The notes under the pieces: generated by a model
Seen by the model: only the letters and a program-made list of their open reading frames with translations
Told to the model about the DNA's origin: nothing
Database searches by the model: none
Position numbers and translations under genes: made by a program
Shown: positions 9,453 to 17,693 of the stretch, piece after piece
Layout of the letters: each line of letters starts with the position of its first letter
Numbering within the stretch: position 1 is the first letter of the stretch
Source of the DNA: an uncultured bacterium
GTDB lineage: Bacteria > CAZSTA01
Assembly: GCA_964609495.1 (NCBI GenBank)
Contig: CAZSTA010000011.1
Location: forward strand, 1 to 36,128
Reading direction: 5' to 3'
DNA length: 36,128 bases

Positions 9453-10334
9453 ATGTCCGATATAAAATATTGGCTTGCCTTAAGATATGCTTCAAATATA
9501 GGATCGAAGAGATTACTACAATTAGTAGATAAATTTGGTTCACCTTCTAAGGTCCTAAATGCCATCTTAGAAGAGCTAATCTCTATTCGGGGGATAGGGA
9601 AGAAGATAGCCGAATCGATCCTTCAGGCAAAAGAGAATATAGATAATATCGAAGGTGAACTATCATATCTTAATGAGCAAGGGATCAAGGTGATATCCAT
9701 AGCAGATGAGAATTACCCCCCTAGTCTGAAGGATATCGAAGATCCTCCCGCAATACTATTTATAAAAGGTAGAATGGAAGATAGTAATAGATATTCTCTG
9801 GCTATCGTAGGGTCTAGAGATGCAACCGCGCAAGGATATAGGATGGCTTATAATCTAGCGAGGAAGTTGGCGGAGAGAGGGTTTACAATAGTAAGTGGTT
9901 TCGCTTCGGGGATAGATACCGCCGCGCATAAGGGCGCTTTAGATAGCGGGGGTAAAACTTGGGCGGTACTAGGATCGGGGATCAACTTCATCTATCCCAG
10001 AGAGAATCTGAAGATGGTGGAGAGGATATGCTGTAATGGAGCTTTTATCTCGGAGCAACTTCCCCAAACTCCCCCGAATCCAGGGGCATTGATGGCTAGG
10101 GATAGAATAGTTAGTGGATTATCTCAAGGGGTGATAGTAGTCGAGTCTGGTGAGCAGGGTGGTAGTATGGATACAGCTCAGAGAGCTATAGCTCAGAGAA
10201 AACCCCTCTTTGCAGTTCGTTGGAAGGATGTTCGAGAGCAGGCTAAAGGAAACGAGCTCCTCATTGAAGCAAGAGATGCTACACCGATCGAGGATATATC
10301 TGATATAGATCGGATTATCGAGGAGTTAAAGTAA
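9453..10334 (+). CDS. dprA: DNA-processing protein DprA/Smf, short form
   Basis: YPPSLKDIEDPP, AIVGSR, IVSGFASGIDTAAHKGAL, RDRIVSGLS, GGSMDTA; N-terminal SAM/HhH region. Confidence 0.92.
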   Translation: MSDIKYWLALRYASNIGSKRLLQLVDKFGSPSKVLNAILEELISIRGIGKKIAESILQAKENIDNIEGELSYLNEQGIKVISIADENYPPSLKDIEDPPAILFIKGRMEDSNRYSLAIVGSRDATAQGYRMAYNLARKLAERGFTIVSGFASGIDTAAHKGALDSGGKTWAVLGSGINFIYPRENLKMVERICCNGAFISEQLPQTPPNPGALMARDRIVSGLSQGVIVVESGEQGGSMDTAQRAIAQRKPLFAVRWKDVREQAKGNELLIEARDATPIEDISDIDRIIEELK

Positions 10335-10396
10335 ATCTAGTTTCGTGGTTTGAAACAATTAAGATATTATATCGTTATAATATATGGAGAGGGATA

Positions 10397-10698
10397 GTGG
10401 ATATAGTATATTCAGTAAATGGCGTTCCTATCAGGTTAACAGATGAAAGATGGCTTCATATTGTAAATAATCACACTGAATTAGCAGGATACTGCGATGA
10501 TATCCTAGCCACGATCGAAAACCCGATTTTATCCTCCAAGGCTATAAGAAATCCCTTATAGCCGTTCGGGGTATATCTAAAAATAGATATTTAGCAGTTA
10601 TATATAAAGAGTTAAGAGAAAATGACGGTTTTATAATCTCAGCTTACCTTACATCTAAAATTAATAGGGGGGCGATAATATGGCCAGAGAAGTTTTAA
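10397..10698 (+). pseudogene. RelE/BECR-fold putative toxin gene with a 1-nt frameshift
   Basis: GTG start, MDIVYSVNGVPIRLTDERWLHIVNNH...IENP; -1 frame continues DFILQG...YLAVIYKE...DGFIISAY...IIWPEKF; overlaps the DUF2283 start. Confidence 0.75.
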
Positions 10699-10922
10699 CT
10701 TCATCTGCGATAGAGGAGATATTCAAAGCAACATCTCATTTGACTAAGTTTCCATCTAAAAGCATGTGGATCGATTATGACGAAGAAGCAGATGTTCTAT
10801 ATATCAGCTTTGATAATCCTCAGAATGCCACTGATAGCGAGATGCTGGATAATGGTATATTGCTAAGATATAAAGGTGATAAGTTAATAGGCATAACCAT
10901 ACTCGATGCTTCTGAGAGATAG
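10680..10922 (+). CDS. DUF2283 family protein (putative antitoxin)
   Basis: IDYDEEADVLYISF...ILLRY...LIGITILDAS. Confidence 0.88.
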   Translation: MAREVLTSSAIEEIFKATSHLTKFPSKSMWIDYDEEADVLYISFDNPQNATDSEMLDNGILLRYKGDKLIGITILDASER

Positions 10923-10936
10923 AAAGGGATGCGATT

Positions 10937-11408
10937 ATGCAAGATAAAGATGCGATCATCGAATATCTGAGGCGTTGNNNNNNNNNNTAAATGTGAGGAG
11001 GAGTTCTCCTTCGCTAAAGCTCTGGATCTGGATGAAAAAGTCTGGAAGGTGATGCCCAAGATTCAGGCTAGGAAGATCAGGGAGTTATTACATATTAATG
11101 GAAATACTTTGGATGATTTTCTTAGAACTTTATCCTTTAAGATGGATGTTGAGGAATATATCTATGAGGTGGTGGAAAAGGAGGAAGATCATCTCGCTAT
11201 AGTAGTTACAAGATGTCCCTGGTTCGATATTTTACAGAGAACTAAGAGGGAGGCTCTAGCCCCAGAACTAGGAGAAGCGATCTGTCCAGCCGATCTTCAG
11301 GGAATAGCTAGCGAATTTGATGTGAATATACATTTCTTTAGGGAAGCTAAAATGTGCGAATATGATGAGCAGTGTAAATTGATATTTGCCTTGGGAAAAA
11401 CTAGCTGA
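10937..11408 (+). CDS. DUF6125/ATC-hydrolase-like protein interrupted by the assembly gap
   Basis: MQDKDAIIEYLRR before the gap; KCEEEFSFAKALDLDEKVWKVMPKIQARK after it, in frame with ORF 11049-11408; four Cys (RCPW, AIC, KMC, QC). Confidence 0.65.
10978..10987. other. Assembly gap
   Basis: Ten N bases. Confidence 1.
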
Positions 11409-11450
11409 GAGAGAGGGCAGATATGCTGACGAAGGAAGGGGATATCTCTT

Positions 11451-11855
11451 ATGGCTAGAAAATTCAAGTTTAAGTTAAAAGTAAGACGCTACGAATTGGA
11501 TTCCTTCAATCACGTTAATAACGCAGTATATTTCAATTATATAGAGCAGGCTCTAGAGGAAGCGATGATCGAGATCGGCTATCCGGTGGAGCGACTTAGA
11601 GATATGGGAATCTTCATTTTTCTACGGCATATAGAGATAGATTTTCTAGCCCCATCCTCTAATGGAGATAACTTAGAGATAGTCAGTTGGCTAGCTGATA
11701 TGAAGAAGGTGCGAGGCACTTGGCAACATGAGATATATAATGCGGATACGGGAAAGTTGCTCGTGAGAGCTTTCACTACGTCTGCTTTTTTGGATAGGGA
11801 TGGAAAACCGATAAAAGCTCCGGATGAGATCGTTAAACCCTGTCTTGAGGGATAG
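11451..11855 (+). CDS. Acyl-CoA thioesterase (4HBT/YbgC hot-dog fold)
   Basis: VRRYELDSFNHVNNAVYFNYIEQA. Confidence 0.9.
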   Translation: MARKFKFKLKVRRYELDSFNHVNNAVYFNYIEQALEEAMIEIGYPVERLRDMGIFIFLRHIEIDFLAPSSNGDNLEIVSWLADMKKVRGTWQHEIYNADTGKLLVRAFTTSAFLDRDGKPIKAPDEIVKPCLEG

Positions 11856-11898
11856 GAGAACTCAATTTACCTATCAATATTTAGGAGGGAAACGAATT

Positions 11899-12882
11899 AT
11901 GTCGAAATTATATGGACAGAAGTGGTTTGGGATAGCACCGCGCTTTAATCCAGGAGAGGGAGAAACGATAGTTGAGCCACCTGGAGAGGGCTATGGCTTT
12001 TGGGCTGGAGCACCAAGCGCTATTTTTGATTATGAAGGTGGAAAGTTCTATTTGAGCTACCGACGGAGATGGCCTCTGTATGAGGGGCGAGGAGGGGAAT
12101 GTTGTGTAGCTGAGAGCGAAGATGGCGTCAATTTCAAAACCATCTGGACGGCGAAGAAGGAGGACTTTGGGGCTAATTCTATCGAAGGGAGCTCTATTAT
12201 CCGCGATCCGTCGGGGGAATGGCGATTGTATATAAGCTTTGAGGTGGCTAAAGCTTATGATAGAAATCCCCCTACTTGGCGAGTAAGCTTGATGCAAGCA
12301 GATTCTCCTGAGAACTTCCGTCCTGAGCTAGAGCGTCCGGTTATGGATGGCCCTATGTTTGGCTTCACTTTTGTGAAGGACCCCTCGGTATATATTATGG
12401 GCGGGGAATATTGGGCTTTTACCAGTGTGGGAATCCCAGACCAAGGAGGGGGAGTAGTTGAAGGGGAGGATATTCGCCAGATGGGAAGAGGCAGTAGCGC
12501 TCTGATTACCTCTCCCGATGGGATTCATTTCAACAAAGCTAGAGTTGTATTGGGACCGAGTGGGGAAGACTCGAGTATGGACTGCTTTCAGGCTAGGATA
12601 ACCTCGATCTTATATCTACCTCCAGTTTGGTCGGTCTTCTACGACGCGGCAAGGCATAGAGCGGATGGTTATGATGAGTTCTGTTGTTTGGCGGTAACGA
12701 GGGATTTTGTGAACTTCTCGCGACTTTCGCTAAGAGAGCCCTGGGTTAAATCCCCTCACGCTTCAGGATGTATACGCTATCTGGATGCCTTAATGGTGGA
12801 GGGGGAGATCCACTACTTCTATGAATATGCAAGAGCGGATCGTTCCCACGAGTTGAGGCATAATAAGGTGGTGATTGGCTGA
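11899..12882 (+). CDS. Five-bladed beta-propeller glycosidase-like protein
   Basis: WAGAPS, SEDGVNF, VKDP, SPDGIHF motifs; start moved to ATG 11899 behind RBS AGGAGG. Confidence 0.6.
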   Translation: MSKLYGQKWFGIAPRFNPGEGETIVEPPGEGYGFWAGAPSAIFDYEGGKFYLSYRRRWPLYEGRGGECCVAESEDGVNFKTIWTAKKEDFGANSIEGSSIIRDPSGEWRLYISFEVAKAYDRNPPTWRVSLMQADSPENFRPELERPVMDGPMFGFTFVKDPSVYIMGGEYWAFTSVGIPDQGGGVVEGEDIRQMGRGSSALITSPDGIHFNKARVVLGPSGEDSSMDCFQARITSILYLPPVWSVFYDAARHRADGYDEFCCLAVTRDFVNFSRLSLREPWVKSPHASGCIRYLDALMVEGEIHYFYEYARADRSHELRHNKVVIG

Positions 12883-12886
12883 ATAT

Positions 12887-12915
12887 TTGGCAAATTTTAG
12901 GAATTGTGGTATAAT
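12887..12915 (+). promoter_or_regulatory. Sigma70-type promoter (distal) upstream of the RM gene
   Basis: TTGGCA-N17-TATAAT with extended TG. Confidence 0.6.
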
Positions 12916-12954
12916 TAGAGCAGGATATTTAGTATTGACTTAGGATACGAGTGC

Positions 12955-12983
12955 TTGCAATTTTTAATCTTTAAGGATATAAT
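12955..12983 (+). promoter_or_regulatory. Sigma70-type promoter (proximal) upstream of the RM gene
   Basis: TTGCAA-N17-TATAAT. Confidence 0.6.
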
Positions 12984-13048
12984 ATATCAGAACCTCTAGG
13001 CGAATAATCGCTGAGATGATAATGTTTCTGATATAGAGGTGGAGATGG

Positions 13049-16000
13049 ATGGCAGCTGTTACTAAATCTGAGCAAAACTTTGCTTTGCAGATTTTGAATA
13101 TTTTCGATACCTTTCGATATAAAGGAAAGGGATATCTCGAATATCTATCTCATATAAAGAGTAGAGACGAATTCCGTATTCGGCAAGGAATCACCATACC
13201 CCTTTTAACTATATTGGGGTATGATCCCCAAAAAGATATAGATCCTGAGGTACCAGTTCCTTCAGGACAGGTAGATCTCTTAGTCCGGAATAATCTTCAT
13301 CGTCCACTTATTATAATTGAGACAAAAGCCAGCCTTCTTACTGATCTTATCCCTGAGCGTCCACAGCTTCACTCTTATATTGATGATCTTAATGCTCCTT
13401 TAGCTATTTTAACTAATGGACGCACTATGGAAATTTTTACTGTTAAGGGTAAAGTGAAGAATCTCTCCCTAAGCATTAACTTTGTAGATATTTACAGGAG
13501 GTTTAGTATAGGAGGGATTGAAGCTTTAACTGAAAAGGACTGGGATAAGTTTATTAAATTAAAATTTCTCTCCAAGGATTTTCAGGCAATCGATGAAGAG
13601 AAACTATATATTATACCAGAGAATGATATTTCCGAGGATGTCCACTTTTCTGCTCTCCTAGAAGCTCTACAACGGATTATGGAACTGACCAAGGCAGAAG
13701 TAATGGATCAATTTGATATTCTCTCGGAGCAGGTTAGAGAGTATAAGGAGATGATCGCCTCTGGCGCAAAGTTTTACCCTCGTGAGCAGAGGAAATACGA
13801 AAATGCACTGAAATTTGATAAAGCTTATCAAGAGTGGCAGAGGATATCTACAACTAATAGCAAAGGTAAGGAGTTCTTCTGTATAGAAACGATGTATATC
13901 CTCTTTAATCGTATACTTTTAATTCGTATATGTGAGGATAAGGGAATTATCCACCGGCAAATATCTAATGGGGGGATCAAACGTTGGAGGGAGTGGAAAG
14001 GCTTCTCCCAATTCTCTAAGATTAACTATGCCGAACTATTGAATTCAACTTATAAAATGATGAACGAGGTCTATCCTCATCTCTTTCATCAGGATATCTT
14101 CGATTGGTATACTCCTTCGAGCGAAGTCATTCTGCGCATCCTCTTTATCTTTAATTATTATAACTTTGCTAATGTGGATAGAGATATATTAGGAAAACTT
14201 TACGAGAAATATCTAGATAGAGAGGAAAGGAAGAGATTAGGTCAGTTTTATACTCCTGAAGAGGTTGTAGATTATATCCTAGATTCAGTTGATTATAAGG
14301 TGGATAGGGAAATAGAGGGCAAACTACTTTTAGATCCTGCTTGTGGTTCAGGTGGATTTTTGGTGCGAGCCATGAATCGCTTAGTAGATAGATACAGGCG
14401 GAAAGGATTAAGTGCGGATAGTATTTTAGATAGAGTAAGAGATTGTATTTACGGTTTCGATATTAACCCTTTTGCGGCTCATATTGCCGAAATGAATCTG
14501 CTCTTCTCAATTATAGATTTGATAAGCGAGGCGAGGAGAAGAGACCCCGATTTCAAGATAGAAAGATTAAATATCTTCGTGACGAACTCGCTTAAATCTC
14601 CAATTAATAGTAATAATCAATTATATTTGTTAGGAGATATCACAAGCGAGTTTCTGGAGGATGCCTTGATAGTTAGGGATATTAAGTTGAGAAGAGGTAA
14701 ATTTCAAGAGGGGTTCGATTTTGTAGTGGGGAATCCACCCTACGGGGCTAGTTTTACAGCAAGGGAAAAGCAAGAATTTAAAAGTATTTTTAGAACTCCT
14801 GAGGGAGAAGTTGACAAGTATGGATTGTTTATTGAGCAAGGATTGAATTTTTTGAAGGACAATGGTTATCTTGGCTATATAGTTCCTAATACATTCTTGA
14901 CTAATATTTTCTTCACAAAGTTAAGACAGTTACTGTTAGAAGAGACCAGAATCTTGGAGATAGCAGATCTTCTTAATCTAAAGATCTTTAAAGATGCAAC
15001 TGTAAGCAATGTTATCCTGATAATAAACAAGGAGGAAGATGAAGACTCAAGAGCTAAAAATAAAGTGAGGATTAAAGAAATAATATCCACTGAAAAAGAG
15101 GAATTAAATTTGAATTTAAAACATCTGTGTTCTCAAAAACAATGGATCTCAAATAAGTCCTATAGTTTTAATATTTACTTAGATGATAGAAAGCTAGATT
15201 TAATTCAGAAAATCAGAAGTAGTGCTATCCCTCTTGAAAGGATAACAGATACAGTATTTGGAGTGAAAGTTTATCAGGTTGGGAAAGGAAACCCGCTCCA
15301 AAGCAAGGAATGTTTTGATAATAAAGTTTTTAATTCTACATATCAAAAGGATGCTACTTTCAGACCATTTCTAGGAGGTAAAGATGTAGGAAGATATCTT
15401 ATAGATTGGAAAGGAAATTGGGTGAGTTATGGAAAATGGCTCGCTGAACCCAGACAGCCAAAATATTTCACGTCTCCTCGTTTGGTAATTCGGCAAATCA
15501 CTAGCAGTTCCCAAAATTGTATATATGCTACTTTTACTTCTGAAGATTTCGTGGTTAGTAATGCAGCAGCAGTTATTCTACCATCTGATCCCGATTTTGA
15601 TATAAAGTTTCTACTAGCAATTATAAACTCTCCTTTAATATCTTTCTATTTCTTAAATACGTCCTCGAATGCTCAGAAAATTGCTTTCCCTAAGTTGAAC
15701 TCGAAAGATATTCGTAGTTTTCCTATTAGGTCAACATCCGCTGAAAATCAAGTTGAATTCAAGGCTTTAGTGAATGAAATCTTAGAGATCAACAATAACA
15801 TACAGAGGATAGAAACTCTTGCCGATAATATCCCTGCTATAATATCTTCGGAGTCCATTCCTACTAGCTCTCTCGCGGATGTCCCGCAAATAAGATTTGA
15901 AGTCCCCAATAAGATTCGGAAACCTAGAATAAGAGTTAAACCTGAACAGGATAAATTCAAAATCTATCTGGATTCCAAACAATATATTGAATGCGGAAAT

Positions 16001-16267
16001 CAACCTCTAGCAAACTACTTAGAGATATATCTAAGAGCATTGGGAGAAGATTTGAGAGGGAAAGATCTGGATAAACTAATTAAATTGATAGAGATTCCTC
16101 GAACACCTGAACTTATTCAAAAAGTATTAGATATACGAAAAGCATTGCTAGAAGATCTAGAACGATTAAGATCAAGAAGAGATGCGATAGATAAGAAAAT
16201 AGATGACAAAGTTTACGAATTATATGGGATAACCCAAGAAGAGAAAAAACTTATAGAAGGGAAATAG
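13049..16267 (+). CDS. Type IIG fused restriction endonuclease/N6-adenine methyltransferase
   Basis: PD-(D/E)xK nuclease VD...IETKA; GQFYTP; motif I LDPACGSGGFL; motif IV GNPPY; TaqI_C-like region FLLAIINSPL. Confidence 0.9.
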   Translation: MAAVTKSEQNFALQILNIFDTFRYKGKGYLEYLSHIKSRDEFRIRQGITIPLLTILGYDPQKDIDPEVPVPSGQVDLLVRNNLHRPLIIIETKASLLTDLIPERPQLHSYIDDLNAPLAILTNGRTMEIFTVKGKVKNLSLSINFVDIYRRFSIGGIEALTEKDWDKFIKLKFLSKDFQAIDEEKLYIIPENDISEDVHFSALLEALQRIMELTKAEVMDQFDILSEQVREYKEMIASGAKFYPREQRKYENALKFDKAYQEWQRISTTNSKGKEFFCIETMYILFNRILLIRICEDKGIIHRQISNGGIKRWREWKGFSQFSKINYAELLNSTYKMMNEVYPHLFHQDIFDWYTPSSEVILRILFIFNYYNFANVDRDILGKLYEKYLDREERKRLGQFYTPEEVVDYILDSVDYKVDREIEGKLLLDPACGSGGFLVRAMNRLVDRYRRKGLSADSILDRVRDCIYGFDINPFAAHIAEMNLLFSIIDLISEARRRDPDFKIERLNIFVTNSLKSPINSNNQLYLLGDITSEFLEDALIVRDIKLRRGKFQEGFDFVVGNPPYGASFTAREKQEFKSIFRTPEGEVDKYGLFIEQGLNFLKDNGYLGYIVPNTFLTNIFFTKLRQLLLEETRILEIADLLNLKIFKDATVSNVILIINKEEDEDSRAKNKVRIKEIISTEKEELNLNLKHLCSQKQWISNKSYSFNIYLDDRKLDLIQKIRSSAIPLERITDTVFGVKVYQVGKGNPLQSKECFDNKVFNSTYQKDATFRPFLGGKDVGRYLIDWKGNWVSYGKWLAEPRQPKYFTSPRLVIRQITSSSQNCIYATFTSEDFVVSNAAAVILPSDPDFDIKFLLAIINSPLISFYFLNTSSNAQKIAFPKLNSKDIRSFPIRSTSAENQVEFKALVNEILEINNNIQRIETLADNIPAIISSESIPTSSLADVPQIRFEVPNKIRKPRIRVKPEQDKFKIYLDSKQYIECGNQPLANYLEIYLRALGEDLRGKDLDKLIKLIEIPRTPELIQKVLDIRKALLEDLERLRSRRDAIDKKIDDKVYELYGITQEEKKLIEGK

Positions 16268-16347
16268 ACTATCTATAAGCCCTCTTCATCACCTTCAATG
16301 TAATCCACTTAGAAGGAAGATCGGTAATCAAAAATCGGTGGCGAAAA

Positions 16348-17214
16348 ATGGAAGTATGGTATAAAATAGTAAATGAAGATTGCCTTGAATTTCTTGATAA
16401 GTATTCAGAGAGAAATATTCACCTTACTTTCATTGATCCCCCTTTCAGGCAAGGAAAAAATTACAGATTCTTTGATGATTCTCAGCCAGAGAAAGAATAC
16501 TGGAATTGGCTGAAAGAAGTATTGTTGAGAGTCTATCGAAGGACAACTGAAGGAGGGGCTATTTACTTTATGCAGAGGGAGAAAAACACTGAAAGTGTTT
16601 TAAGAGCGCTTAGAGAGACAGGATGGACATTTCAAAATCTGATTATCTGGAGGAAAAAGACATCGGCAGTCCCTTCTAAGTTCAGATATTCTAAACAATA
16701 CCAAATTATCGCTTTCGCTACTAAGGGAGAAAAACCGAGAGTGTTTAACAGACTCCGTATAGATTTGCCAACACCGCCAGAGTATAAACATAGGAGAGAC
16801 AAGGGAGTGTATCTTACGGATGTATGGGATGATATCAGGGAATTAACCTCGGGATATTTTGCTGGTGATGAAGCGATAAGGGATCCCAAAGGGAGCAGAA
16901 TTCATACCCAGCAGTCTCCAATCGCTTTACTTTTGAGGATTATCCTATCATCTACTTTGCCCGATGATATAGTATTGGATCCCTTTGCTGGCACAGGAAC
17001 TACGGCGGTAATCGCCTATCAGCTAAAACGAAACTCAATAAGTGTAGAGATAGATCCTAAATATGTCGAGATTATCGAGAAGCGTCTAAATAACCCGAGA
17101 TCAGCGGATAGTATCTTGAAATTTTACAATTATTACCGATATACAGAAAACTTAAAGGAAATCTGGCCTAGTGAAGAAATATCTATGATTAGTGAGCAGG
17201 GGATATTGTTTTAA
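16348..17214 (+). CDS. Beta-class N4/N6 DNA methyltransferase
   Basis: Motif IV DPPF precedes motif I VLDPFAGTGTT; NLIIWRK, DVWDDI. Confidence 0.9.
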   Translation: MEVWYKIVNEDCLEFLDKYSERNIHLTFIDPPFRQGKNYRFFDDSQPEKEYWNWLKEVLLRVYRRTTEGGAIYFMQREKNTESVLRALRETGWTFQNLIIWRKKTSAVPSKFRYSKQYQIIAFATKGEKPRVFNRLRIDLPTPPEYKHRRDKGVYLTDVWDDIRELTSGYFAGDEAIRDPKGSRIHTQQSPIALLLRIILSSTLPDDIVLDPFAGTGTTAVIAYQLKRNSISVEIDPKYVEIIEKRLNNPRSADSILKFYNYYRYTENLKEIWPSEEISMISEQGILF

Positions 17215-17226
17215 GGCTATATAATA

Positions 17227-17255
17227 GGGCTATACAGCTTCATTCTGTATAGCCC
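17227..17255. terminator. Hairpin between convergent genes, probable bidirectional terminator
   Basis: GGGCTATACAG-cttcatt-CTGTATAGCCC, 11-bp perfect stem; no clear U tract. Confidence 0.55.
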
Positions 17256-17277
17256 CGTTAGATATCACTCGCTTAAA

Positions 17278-17622
17278 CTAAAGGCTTGCCCTGATCTCAT
17301 CAAGGGTGCTCTTGGCGTCAGGCACCATATCAAAGAATTTCACTAGCTTGTCGCAAGCATAATCATCACAGTAAGCACAATTTTTGACGCTCCTTCCCAG
17401 AGCGCACGACCTTATTTCACAAACGTTGCAGTATCCAAAAAGTCGTCCATTTTCTGACAAACATCCATCGCAGTTAATATCCCCTGGTTTAATATCTTCG
17501 TTGAACTCTTTCGACCACAACTCAGCGACTTTCTTCCTTTCGTTATCATCATCTTTTTGAGTGGCAATGAATGCCGGGCATCCGGTACAGATTAATCCAC
17601 AAAAGGCAATCATCTTATCCAT
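17278..17622 (-). CDS. DUF3795 family Cys-rich protein
   Basis: IAFCGLICTGCPAF...CDGC...CEIRSCA...NCAYCDDYACDKL; RBS AAGGAG. Confidence 0.88.
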   Translation of the reverse strand: MDKMIAFCGLICTGCPAFIATQKDDDNERKKVAELWSKEFNEDIKPGDINCDGCLSENGRLFGYCNVCEIRSCALGRSVKNCAYCDDYACDKLVKFFDMVPDAKSTLDEIRASL

Positions 17623-17693
17623 AGTATTTATCTCCTTTCATTTTATTTTTATCATCCGCAGGATCGGCTCTTAACTTGATCGGATACGAAAGC

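Noticed and set aside
6363-10530. Programmed -1 frameshifting in the two broken TA genes
   Set aside because: Neither site has a canonical slippery heptamer or an evident stimulatory structure; mutation or assembly error is simpler.
11824-11898. Upstream start for the propeller protein
   Set aside because: It overlaps the thioesterase gene; ATG 11899 has a strong RBS.
6090-17260. Prophage or integrative element
   Set aside because: No integrase, transposase, phage gene, tRNA or att-like repeat was found.
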